Shown here piece by piece: positions 45,494-54,877 of a DNA stretch of 59,394 bases. Source of the DNA: Clostridia bacterium (GTDB taxonomy: Bacteria; Bacillota; Clostridia; Oscillospirales; CAG-272); the NCBI GenBank assembly GCA_017398585.1, contig JAFQFS010000087.1:1-59394 (forward strand), read 5' to 3'. Made by a program: the position numbers and the translations under genes. The notes beneath the pieces were generated by a model. That model was not told the DNA's origin. It made no database searches and saw only the letters and a program-made list of their open reading frames with translations. Numbering within the stretch: the first letter of the stretch is position 1; every line of letters starts with the position of its first letter.

Positions 45494-45544
45494 AATAAAA
45501 CAGAAAAAACGTGGAGTGCGGATTCCACGTTTTTTTGTTTTATT
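45494..45544. terminator. Bidirectional intrinsic terminator
   Basis: AAAAAACGTGGA..TCCACGTTTTTTT between convergent genes. Confidence 0.75.
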
Positions 45545-48299
45545 TTGTTCTGCAGGCAATCTTACCCGCACATTTCCGGATGGTATCCACAGGGATCACA
45601 GTAAACGCGAACAGTGCACACAGCAGAAGCTCATGACCGTCCAGCGGGACGCAGCGGAACACCTCTCCGCCGAAGTAGATGATCAGCAGCTGAACCGCGG
45701 CGACGACCGGCATAATCAGCAGAAACGCCGCGTTCCGTCGGATGTTTGCGAACAGGTTGATCCGTCCGGTGCGGGTACACATCGCAATTCCGATTCCCAT
45801 GAAAATAAACAGGGCAAAGAACAGCGTGAGGTGATATTCCGCCGATCCGCCGAACATATGCCGCACGGACGGCGAGACGAGGAAAAACATGGAGAGCAGC
45901 ACGGCATAGCTTCCGTTCAGTACGATCTGCCGCACCATCGCACGGTTCAGAATGGGTTCGTCCCGCTTCACCGGAGGACGCAGCATGTATTCGGCAAGCG
46001 CAGGTTCACCGGAGAAGGCAAGGGAACCGAGAGTGTCCATGATGATGTTGACCCACAGCATCTGGATCACCGTCACCGGACGTTCGATCCCGAGCATCGG
46101 TCCGATCACGGAAACTCCGACGGCGGACAGATTCATCGTCAGCTGGAACGTGATAAATTTCCGGATGCTCTCGAAGATCGTCCGTCCGAACAGAACCGCT
46201 TTGGTGATGGAAACAAAATTGTCGTCCGTGATTACGATGTCCCCGGCTTCACGGGCAACGTCGGTGCCGCTTCCCATCGCGAATCCGACATCCGCTGCCT
46301 TGATCGCCGGCGCGTCGTTGATCCCGTCGCCGGTCATGCCGGTCACATGTCCCGCCGCTTTCGCAATCCGCACGAGACGGCTTTTGTCCGTCGGTGTTAC
46401 CCGGGCAATAACACAGATGCACGGCAGAAGTTCGGTCAGTTCCGCGTCGCTCAGCTCTTTCAGAGATTGACCGTCGATCACCACGGATGCACGGTCGCTG
46501 ATATAGCGTGCAATTCCGTGGTTTTTGTCGAAGATCCGGTAATTTTCTGGAAGAATCCCACATTCGCGCGCGATTCCGGCGGCGGTGCGATCGTTGTCAC
46601 CGGTGAGCATGACGACTTTGATCCCGGCACTGCGGCATTCCAGCACTGCGGGAAGCGCTTCCTTCCGCACTTCGTCGCGGAGTACAAACAGGGCGGTAAA
46701 CGTCAGCGGTACCGTTCCGGTAAGACCGCTGTTCTTTATGCTGCCGAACAGTTCTTCCTTTCCTTCCGCCTGAAGCAGGATGCGGCAGGATTGTTCGGAG
46801 TACGACTGAATTTTCTGCACAATCCGCCGCCGTTCTTCTTCGTCAAAGGGACGGGTTTTCCCGTCCGGCGTAAGATAGGACGTGCAGAAGGGTAGAATAT
46901 ACTCGGCGGCTCCGCGAATATAAGCCTTCCCGTTGTATTTTGCGGCGGCATACTTCCGGGCAGAATCAAACGGGATCCGGTCGGAATCCGGCAAAGCCGC
47001 CCGGCGGCTGTTCAGCCCGATGTACGAATGAATGGCGCGTTCCGTCGGATTGAAGACGGTCGAGCAGGCGAGCGCCCCTTCACGGATCCGATCCGCAATA
47101 CCGGAAGGGATGGAAGCATACGAGTTGTATTCGCCGGTTCCTGCGATGATTTTCGAAACGGTCAGTTTGCCCGTTGTTAGTGTTCCTGTTTTGTCTGTGA
47201 AGAGAATATCCACGCTTCCCGCCGTCTCGATTCCAACCAGACGCCGTACCAATACCCCGGATTTCAGCATTTTCTTCATGTTGGAGGACAGTACGACCGT
47301 GATCATCATCGGCAGTCCCTCAGGAACCGCAACGACCACAACGGAGATCGCCATTGTCAGTGCCTGTACCAGTTCACCGGCGGCGAAACGGATGTCCCGC
47401 AGACGTTCCAGTGCAATCGCCGGATTCTGTCCTGCATCGAACCAGAACGCGTCGGCAAGATGAACAGCCGCGACAATTCCGGCGGAGATGTACCCGATTT
47501 TTGAAATCGTCCGTGCCAGTCCGGACAGTCTCATTTTCAGCGGACTGACTTCGGCGTCATCCGCCAGTTCGGTCGCGATGGAGCCGTACATGGTGCTGTC
47601 CCCGACCGCCGTCACCAGCATCACCCCGTCCCCGGATACCACATGGCTTCCGCGGAATACGGCATAACCCGTTCCGGCTTTCATCGGTTCCGTAAGGCCG
47701 CCGTTCCTGCGGAGTTCCGCCAGAATGCCGTCATCCGCCCATTTGCTCACTTCATGGCTTTCGCCGGTCAGCGGCGATTCATCACAGGTGACCGATCCGC
47801 GCAGAAGAATGCCGTCCGCCGGAACCATGTCCCCGGGGAACAGCTGCACAATGTCGTATTTCACGATTTTCGACATCATGCACTCCGCTACCGTCCCGTC
47901 CCGCAGAACGTGACAGGAGGTGTCTCCGAGGGTGGAGTACAGTTTCTCGAATGCAGAACCGGAGGAATGTTCCGATAAAGTTGTGACAAATGCGGAAATA
48001 AACACGGTCAGCGCGATTCCGGCGGATTCCGCCCAGTTCATGTCGGAAAACATAAACGCTGTGTTGACGATGAGCGCGCAGATGAGGATTTTGATGATCG
48101 GATCGTTCAGATTCCGCAGAAACTGTCGGAAAAATCCCGCCTGTTTCTTTACGGTAAGCGTGTTTTCACCGAATTCCTCCCGTGATTTTCGGACCTCTTC
48201 CGCCGTCAGTCCGCAGGAGGCAGAGGGGATTTTCAGCCGCTCCGCCTGTTTTTCCGCGCGTAAATTTCTTCCGGACGTATATTTTAACGTATCGTTCAT
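45540..48299 (-). CDS. Cation (probably Ca2+)-translocating P-type ATPase, type II
   Basis: LTGES, VPEGL, DKTGTLT, TGDN, GDGINDAPA, QMLWVNIIMD. Confidence 0.93.
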   Translation of the reverse strand: MNDTLKYTSGRNLRAEKQAERLKIPSASCGLTAEEVRKSREEFGENTLTVKKQAGFFRQFLRNLNDPIIKILICALIVNTAFMFSDMNWAESAGIALTVFISAFVTTLSEHSSGSAFEKLYSTLGDTSCHVLRDGTVAECMMSKIVKYDIVQLFPGDMVPADGILLRGSVTCDESPLTGESHEVSKWADDGILAELRRNGGLTEPMKAGTGYAVFRGSHVVSGDGVMLVTAVGDSTMYGSIATELADDAEVSPLKMRLSGLARTISKIGYISAGIVAAVHLADAFWFDAGQNPAIALERLRDIRFAAGELVQALTMAISVVVVAVPEGLPMMITVVLSSNMKKMLKSGVLVRRLVGIETAGSVDILFTDKTGTLTTGKLTVSKIIAGTGEYNSYASIPSGIADRIREGALACSTVFNPTERAIHSYIGLNSRRAALPDSDRIPFDSARKYAAAKYNGKAYIRGAAEYILPFCTSYLTPDGKTRPFDEEERRRIVQKIQSYSEQSCRILLQAEGKEELFGSIKNSGLTGTVPLTFTALFVLRDEVRKEALPAVLECRSAGIKVVMLTGDNDRTAAGIARECGILPENYRIFDKNHGIARYISDRASVVIDGQSLKELSDAELTELLPCICVIARVTPTDKSRLVRIAKAAGHVTGMTGDGINDAPAIKAADVGFAMGSGTDVAREAGDIVITDDNFVSITKAVLFGRTIFESIRKFITFQLTMNLSAVGVSVIGPMLGIERPVTVIQMLWVNIIMDTLGSLAFSGEPALAEYMLRPPVKRDEPILNRAMVRQIVLNGSYAVLLSMFFLVSPSVRHMFGGSAEYHLTLFFALFIFMGIGIAMCTRTGRINLFANIRRNAAFLLIMPVVAAVQLLIIYFGGEVFRCVPLDGHELLLCALFAFTVIPVDTIRKCAGKIACRTK

Positions 48300-48354
48300 T
48301 GTCTTCGTACACCTTCCGAATCATAAATATGCTCCATTATATTCGCGCGGACGC

Positions 48355-48396
48355 AAAAAAAGCACCCGACTTGCAGTAGAAGCCGGGTGCCGTTTT
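48355..48396 (-). terminator. Intrinsic terminator after pepD
   Basis: GCACCCG..CGGGTGC stem followed by T7 on the minus strand. Confidence 0.6.
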
Positions 48397-48404
48397 ACAG
48401 GGAT

Positions 48405-49847
48405 TCAGGCGTTTTTCAGCATTTCGCAGACCAGCTTCCAGACGCGTGCCATCGAAGAAACCGAGAGGCTTTCGTCGGGGGAATGCAGGTCGCGGATGTT
48501 CGGGGCGATGGAGATCATATCCATGTCCGGAACCTTGTTCTTCAGCAGACCGCATTCCAGACCGGCATGGATGCCGAGAATCTGCGCTCTTCTGCCGAAG
48601 AGATTGTAATACGTATCAAGGAACAGCTGCTGAAGGGATGAGCCAACCGTGAAATCCCATCCGGGGTACCGGTTGATGTGTTCAAACGTACCGCCCGCGA
48701 GCAGTGCCGCGCATTCGACGCGGTGTTCCAGATCGTCGATCTTCGACTCAACGGAGGAGCGGGACAGAACCACGATCTCATACGTGTTTTCCGCTTCCGC
48801 CGGACGGATCACGCCGAGGTTGGAGGAGGTTTCCACCAGGCCGGGGATCAGACGGTCCATTTCGTGAACGCCGTTCGGGAGGATCCGCAGCAGTTCGACG
48901 AGTTTCGCGGAGGATTCCGCCGTCAGGAACGCATCGGCAGCAGCAGGGGACAGCGTGACGCAGAACTTTTCGTCATCCGCCGCAAGCTTCGCGCGGATTT
49001 TGGCTTCCTCCGCACGTACCGCCGTTTCAAACGCTGCATAGTCGGATACCGCCGCATCCGCGGAACATTCGCGCGGGATCGCGTTGTCGCGGCTGCCGCC
49101 GGTTATATTGGTCAGACGGATGTCACAGACCTTCTGCGCCGCATAGAGCAGACGTGCAAACGCCGAAATCGCACCGGTGCGTCCGAGATGGATGTCCTCA
49201 CCGGAGTGACCGCCGAACAGTCCGCCGACGGACAGCGTGCAGACGGTGTAATTTTCCGGAACCGGTACGGTTTCGTACGGGAAGTACACATGCGAACGGA
49301 CGCCGCCCGCACAGGAGACGATCGCTTCTCCCTCCGTCGCCGAGTCGAGGTTGATCATCCGGCGGGATTTGACACAGGACGGATCAAACGCACGCATTCC
49401 GGTCAGACCGGTTTCTTCGTCGGTGGTGAACAGGCATTCGAGTTCCGGGCGGGGAAGTTCCGGCGAATCAAGAATTGCCAGCATGACCGCAACGGCAACG
49501 CCGTCGTCCGCACCGAGGGTCGTTCCGTCCGCATGGAGACGGTCACCGTCGAGAAGAAGGCGGATCGGATCGGTCAGAAAATCGTGCTTCGTCGAACGGT
49601 TCGCTTCACATACCATGTCAAGATGTCCCTGCATCATGATCGGCGTACGGTCTTCATAACCGGGAGCCGCCTTCGCACGGACGAACACATTGTTCGCTTC
49701 GTCCATCACGGCTTTGTGACCAAGCGCGGTGACGGTATCGAAAACATACTTCGCGACGGCTTCTTCGTTTCCGGAACCGCGCGGAATGTCGGATATATTT
49801 TTGAAGTAGGCAAATACTTTTTTGGGTTCAAGCTGATTGTAATCCAT
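48405..49847 (-). CDS. pepD: Aminoacyl-histidine dipeptidase (M20C)
   Basis: QGHLDMV, GTTLGADDG, DEETG, GGHSG, HAGLECG, HSPDE. Confidence 0.93.
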   Translation of the reverse strand: MDYNQLEPKKVFAYFKNISDIPRGSGNEEAVAKYVFDTVTALGHKAVMDEANNVFVRAKAAPGYEDRTPIMMQGHLDMVCEANRSTKHDFLTDPIRLLLDGDRLHADGTTLGADDGVAVAVMLAILDSPELPRPELECLFTTDEETGLTGMRAFDPSCVKSRRMINLDSATEGEAIVSCAGGVRSHVYFPYETVPVPENYTVCTLSVGGLFGGHSGEDIHLGRTGAISAFARLLYAAQKVCDIRLTNITGGSRDNAIPRECSADAAVSDYAAFETAVRAEEAKIRAKLAADDEKFCVTLSPAAADAFLTAESSAKLVELLRILPNGVHEMDRLIPGLVETSSNLGVIRPAEAENTYEIVVLSRSSVESKIDDLEHRVECAALLAGGTFEHINRYPGWDFTVGSSLQQLFLDTYYNLFGRRAQILGIHAGLECGLLKNKVPDMDMISIAPNIRDLHSPDESLSVSSMARVWKLVCEMLKNA

Positions 49848-49868
49848 AAATACCTCCGTTTTTTCTCT

Positions 49869-49897
49869 ATTATACCATACAGAATCCCGAAAATCAA
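49869..49897 (-). promoter_or_regulatory. Sigma-A promoter of pepD
   Basis: Minus strand TTGATT-17 bp-TATAAT with TG. Confidence 0.65.
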
Positions 49898-49994
49898 TGC
49901 CGGTGCGGCGATGAAATTTTTACAATATATTATATAAAATTACCTGATTCTGTGGTATAATAAATGCAAAGATATTATGGAAAATGAGGTTACT

Positions 49995-50753
49995 ATGGGA
50001 AAACTGTCTTCACTGATCCGTGCTGCCGGCGGAAAAAAACGATTCAACTCCGCCGTTCTTCTGGCAGCCGGAAACGGATCGCGGATGAACGATGACCGTG
50101 CCAAACAGTTTATCGAAATCCGCGGACTTCCTGTCATGGTGCGGAGCGCGATGGCGTTTGAACAGTCGCCGGAGATCCACGAGATCGTCGTTGTGACGCG
50201 TGCCGCCGACATCGAGGGCTGTACAAAAATTCTCCGCGACCACGGGATCACCAAGCTGACCAGAGTAGTTGCAGGCGGATCGACCCGCCAGGAATCTGCA
50301 AAGCTGGGGTTCGATGCGGTCAATCCCGCGTGTGATTTTGTCGCTATCCACGACGCTGCGCGCTGCCTGATTACCCCGGACAACATCGAAGCTGTGATGG
50401 AAGCGGCGTATGTCAGCGGTGCCGCAGCATGTGCGGGACGGGTCGTCGACACGATTAAAAAGACCAACGGCGCGAACACCATCACCGAAACGATCGACCG
50501 GGAAAACACCTGGCTCGTACAGACCCCGCAGGTCTTCATGGCGGACATGTACCGTGCCGCCGCTTACATGGCAGTCAAGGATCACGTCATGGCAACGGAC
50601 GACTGCATGCTTTGCGAACGTCTTGGCTTCGCGGTGAAACTCGTCGATACCGGACGGTTCAACATCAAGGTGACCTATCCGGATGACATCCTGATGGCGG
50701 AAATGATCCTTGATATCCGCGAAAAAACAGCGAAAGGGAAGGTGGAAGCATGA
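49995..50753 (+). CDS. ispD: 2-C-methyl-D-erythritol 4-phosphate cytidylyltransferase
   Basis: LAAGNGSRM..KQF, GGSTRQES, IHDAAR, QTPQ, NIKVTYPDD; start 49995 (GAGGT RBS) or 49977. Confidence 0.94.
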   Translation: MGKLSSLIRAAGGKKRFNSAVLLAAGNGSRMNDDRAKQFIEIRGLPVMVRSAMAFEQSPEIHEIVVVTRAADIEGCTKILRDHGITKLTRVVAGGSTRQESAKLGFDAVNPACDFVAIHDAARCLITPDNIEAVMEAAYVSGAAACAGRVVDTIKKTNGANTITETIDRENTWLVQTPQVFMADMYRAAAYMAVKDHVMATDDCMLCERLGFAVKLVDTGRFNIKVTYPDDILMAEMILDIREKTAKGKVEA

Positions 50754-51220
50754 GGATCGGACATGGATATGACGCACATCGGTTCTGTACCGATAAACCA
50801 CTGGTTCTCGGCGGTGTGACGGTCGAATCGGACGAAGGTCTTCTCGCACATTCCGACGGCGATGTCCTTCTTCATGCTCTGATGGATGCACTTCTCGGCG
50901 CCGCAGGCGAACGCGACATCGGTTATCAGTTCCCGCCGAGCGACAATGCTTACAAAAACATCGACAGCCGCATCCTCCTGCGCGAGGTAGCTGCGATTCT
51001 CGAACGTAAGAACCTGACCGTCGAGTACGCCGATATGACCATCGTCGCACAGAAACCGAAGCTGTCCCCCTACATCGAAGATATCCGCACGTCCGTTGCG
51101 GATGTGCTGGACATCCCGCGCGAACGGGTCAACGTAAAGGCAACAACCGAAGAAAAAATGGGCTTCACCGGCCGCGGAGAAGGAATCTCCGCACACGCCG
51201 TCTGTCTTCTCGCCGAATAA
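50750..51220 (+). CDS. ispF: 2-C-methyl-D-erythritol 2,4-cyclodiphosphate synthase
   Basis: RIGHGYDAH, HSDGDV, KATTEE. Confidence 0.97.
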   Translation: MRIGHGYDAHRFCTDKPLVLGGVTVESDEGLLAHSDGDVLLHALMDALLGAAGERDIGYQFPPSDNAYKNIDSRILLREVAAILERKNLTVEYADMTIVAQKPKLSPYIEDIRTSVADVLDIPRERVNVKATTEEKMGFTGRGEGISAHAVCLLAE

Positions 51221-51439
51221 AAATGCGCCGGAGTCCGGACATCCGACGCATTTCAGGCAAACGACCGGAAACCGTCCCGATTTCCAACATCCTATATTCT
51301 GAACTTCCGTGGGAAGCCTCCGATCGGAATACTGGGTCAGACGGGTATCCCGTCAGAAACAGTGTATGCATCCGGAACGATTCCGGTCACCGGAGGTTCC
51401 GCAGATCATCTATTTTAAAGAACAGAGCAGGTATCAATT

Positions 51440-52117
51440 ATGGAAATGAAAATCGCCCCCTCTCTCCTCGCCGCAGACTTCCTCCACTTGGAAGATGAAC
51501 TCCGCCGTGCCGAAGCATCCGGTGCCGTTATGCTGCACTGCGACGTCATGGACGGTGTGTATGTGCCCAACATCAGCTTCGGCTTCGACATTATCAAACA
51601 GATTCATGCCGTTACCGATCTCCCGCTCGACGTACATATGATGACTGTGCGCGCGTGTGATTACATTGATACGCTGAAAAAGGCGGGTGCTTCCTCGATC
51701 ACGCTCCATTCCGACACACTGGAACCGAACGAAATGATCGAAACCCTCAAATACATCAAATCTCTCGGCATGAACGCCGCCGTTTCTCTGAAGCCGAAGT
51801 ATCCGGCGTCGGACGTGTTCCCGTTTGTGCCCTACATTGATATGGTTCTTGTCATGACGGTCGAACCCGGTTTCGGCGGTCAGAAATTTATGGCGGACAT
51901 GATGCCGAAGGTCCGCGAGATCCGCGATTATCTCGACGCCAATAAGCCGGAATGTGAAATTCAGGTGGACGGCGGCGTAGCACCCGCGACCATTGCGGAA
52001 TGTACCAGAGCCGGAGCGAACGTGTTTGTCGTCGGAACTGCCGCATTCAAGGCGGACGATATGACGGAAGCCGTCACAAAACTCATTCAGACCGCCGAAG
52101 AAGCTGCGGCGGAATAA
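51440..52117 (+). CDS. rpe: Ribulose-phosphate 3-epimerase
   Basis: APSLLAADF, HCDVMDG, MTVEPGFGGQKF, VDGG. Confidence 0.96.
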   Translation: MEMKIAPSLLAADFLHLEDELRRAEASGAVMLHCDVMDGVYVPNISFGFDIIKQIHAVTDLPLDVHMMTVRACDYIDTLKKAGASSITLHSDTLEPNEMIETLKYIKSLGMNAAVSLKPKYPASDVFPFVPYIDMVLVMTVEPGFGGQKFMADMMPKVREIRDYLDANKPECEIQVDGGVAPATIAECTRAGANVFVVGTAAFKADDMTEAVTKLIQTAEEAAAE

Positions 52118-52151
52118 TCTACGTACCCAAAACAGCAAGGAGGAGCGTAAT

Positions 52152-53513
52152 ATGATGGATGAAATCCAGGAAGAACTGGTTACCAAAATTCAGGAACTGC
52201 TGACCAATAAGGATTATATGGCGCTCCGAAGTACGATGATGGAACTGCAGGCGGCCGACATTGCCGTCCTTCTCGGGGAATTTCCGGAAGACGATATTCC
52301 GATCCTGTTCCGTCTGCTTCCGAAGGAGACGGCGGCGGAATGCTTCGCCTATTTCGAAACGGAGGTACAGGAGACCCTGATCAACGAATTCAGCGACCGC
52401 GAACTCTGGAACGTCATCGAAGGTCTGTTCGTGGACGATATGGTTGACATCATCGAGGAAATGCCCGCGAACGTGGTCAAGCGTATCATCAAGAATACGC
52501 CGTACGAAAAGCGGGAAGAGGTCAACATGATCCTGCGCTATCCGAAAAACAGTGCGGGTACCATCATGACCACCGAGTTTGTAGAACTCAAAGCGTGGAT
52601 GACCAGGGAACAGGTTTACCGGAACATCCGGGAATCCGGCGTCGAAAAGGAAACGGTGTACGACTGCTACGTCACCGACGCCAGCCGTCATCTGATCGGC
52701 GTTATTTCCGTCAAGGACCTCATTATGAGTGACGACGAGGACGCAGTGGTCGACGATCTCATGGAAACCGAAGTGATCGCGGCAAACGTTCTGGAAGACC
52801 GGGAATCCGTTGTCGCGACCATGAAAAAATACGGCTTCGTTGCACTTCCGGTCACCGACGGCGAAAACCGCCTCGTCGGGATCGTTACCAGTGACGACGC
52901 ACTGACTGTTATTGAAGACGAAAGCACCGAGGACATCGAGATCATGGCGGCGATCACGCCGTCCGAAAAGACCTACTTCAAAACGACAGTCTTCGAAACT
53001 TGGAAAATGCGCATCCCGTGGCTGCTGTTCCTTATGATCTCGTCGGTGTTCACCAGCAAGATCCTCCAGTATTTTGAAGGACAGCTCACCGCCAACGGCG
53101 CGCTGATCGCCTTCATGCCGATGCTGATGGGTACCGCCGGGAATGCGGGCGGACAGGTATCCGTCACCATTATCCGAAGCCTCTCCATCGGCGAAGTCCG
53201 GATGAGCGATATTCTGAAGATCGTCTGGAAGGAATTCCGCGTCTCCATCCTCTGCGGCATCACCCTTGCGGTCGTCAATTTCCTGAAAATGCTGGCGGTC
53301 GACAACGTGACCATCGGCGTGGCGCTGACGGTATCGCTCACGATCAGCCTGACCGTCGTCGTCGCGAAATTCATCGGCGGCATTCTTCCCGTGATCGCAA
53401 AGCGCATCGGATTTGACCCCGCTGTCATGGCGAGCCCGTTCATCACCACGATCTGCGACGCGGTATCGCTTCTTCTGTATTTCCGAGTTGCTTCCATTAT
53501 TCTTGGAATCTGA
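52152..53513 (+). CDS. mgtE: Magnesium transporter MgtE
   Basis: MgtE N-domain, CBS pair, GNAGGQ, DPAVMASPFITT. Confidence 0.95.
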   Translation: MMDEIQEELVTKIQELLTNKDYMALRSTMMELQAADIAVLLGEFPEDDIPILFRLLPKETAAECFAYFETEVQETLINEFSDRELWNVIEGLFVDDMVDIIEEMPANVVKRIIKNTPYEKREEVNMILRYPKNSAGTIMTTEFVELKAWMTREQVYRNIRESGVEKETVYDCYVTDASRHLIGVISVKDLIMSDDEDAVVDDLMETEVIAANVLEDRESVVATMKKYGFVALPVTDGENRLVGIVTSDDALTVIEDESTEDIEIMAAITPSEKTYFKTTVFETWKMRIPWLLFLMISSVFTSKILQYFEGQLTANGALIAFMPMLMGTAGNAGGQVSVTIIRSLSIGEVRMSDILKIVWKEFRVSILCGITLAVVNFLKMLAVDNVTIGVALTVSLTISLTVVVAKFIGGILPVIAKRIGFDPAVMASPFITTICDAVSLLLYFRVASIILGI

Positions 53514-53723
53514 CCGGAGGAACGGCGGAAAATTGTCCGTTGTTGTCAAATTTCATATAAAATTTACGGGAATCCGGACGGATTTCTATGGATATAGCTA
53601 CCGAAAATTTTTATTAAAATGTTCAAAATTACGTAAATATATGTTATAATAATAATAAAGTTATACTGCCGTCTTTTTCGATGGGCGGAAACAAAAAAAT
53701 AATTAAAAATAAAGGGGTATTTT

Positions 53724-54845
53724 ATGAGTGACAGCTTATACGGAGAACTCTCCGTCATCGGTATGCGAGGATGCGAAAAATTCGTTGACCAGGTGGACTA
53801 CTATCTCCGTGAATGGCGCAGCCACGACGAAGACATCACTTTTATCAATATGGCGGACTGCCCGAGATTCGGCTCCGGTGAAGCCAAGGGCCTTATCCAT
53901 ACTTCCATGAGAGGCCACGACGTTTATATCATCTCCGACTGTTTCAACCACGGCGTCACCTACCGTATGTACGGTCAGAACGTTCCCATGAGTCCCGACG
54001 ATCATTTCCAGGATCTGAAGAGAACCATCGCTGCGATCGGTGGTAAGGCAAGCCGTATCACCGTGATCATGCCCATGCTGTACGAAGGCAGACAGCACAA
54101 GCGTACCACCCGTGAATCCCTTGACTGCGCACTTGCTCTTCAGGAACTCGTGAATATGGGTGTCTCCAATATCCTTACGTTCGACGCACATGACCCGCGC
54201 GTCAGCAATGCGATCCCGCTGACCGGCTTTGACAATGTACGTCCTACATACCAGATGATCAAGGCTCTGGTAAGGAATGTTCCCGATATCTCCCTCTCTC
54301 ATGATGATATCATGATCATTTCTCCCGACGAAGGTGCGATCTCCCGTACGATGTACTACGCATCCGTTATGGGCATCGAACTCGGTATGTTCTATAAGAG
54401 ACGCAACTATTCCGTTATCATCGACGGCAAGAACCCGATCGAAGCGCATGAATATCTCGGTAAGGATGTCCGCGGCAAGGACGTGATCGTTGTCGACGAC
54501 ATGATCTCCTCCGGTGACTCCATCATCGACGTTGCACGTCAGCTCAAGGAAAAGGGCGCGAAGCGCATCTTCTTCTTTGTGACCTTCGGTCTGTTCACCA
54601 ACGGTTTCGGCGTGATGGACAAGGCATACGAAGAAGGCCTCTTCACCAAGTGCTTTACTACCAACCTGATCTACCAGCCGGAAGGCCTTCTTGACAGAGA
54701 ATGGTACGGCGAAGTCAATATGTGCAAGTACGTTGCGCTCATGATCGACACCCTCAATCAGGACCGCTCCATCAGCACTCTCCTGAACCCCGTGAAGAAG
54801 ATCCACAGCGTTCTGGACGCTCATAAAAACTCCACTCAGAAATAA
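53724..54845 (+). CDS. prs: Ribose-phosphate pyrophosphokinase
   Basis: FGSGE, YEGRQ, FDAH, SPDEGA, VVDDMISSGDS. Confidence 0.92.
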   Translation: MSDSLYGELSVIGMRGCEKFVDQVDYYLREWRSHDEDITFINMADCPRFGSGEAKGLIHTSMRGHDVYIISDCFNHGVTYRMYGQNVPMSPDDHFQDLKRTIAAIGGKASRITVIMPMLYEGRQHKRTTRESLDCALALQELVNMGVSNILTFDAHDPRVSNAIPLTGFDNVRPTYQMIKALVRNVPDISLSHDDIMIISPDEGAISRTMYYASVMGIELGMFYKRRNYSVIIDGKNPIEAHEYLGKDVRGKDVIVVDDMISSGDSIIDVARQLKEKGAKRIFFFVTFGLFTNGFGVMDKAYEEGLFTKCFTTNLIYQPEGLLDREWYGEVNMCKYVALMIDTLNQDRSISTLLNPVKKIHSVLDAHKNSTQK

Positions 54846-54877
54846 TTTATAACCAATCACTCGGAGCAAAAGCAAAT

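Noticed and set aside
51254-51290. c-di-GMP-I riboswitch-like start (GGCAAAC..GAAA)
   Set aside because: The downstream GACGCAAAGC and P3 elements are absent.
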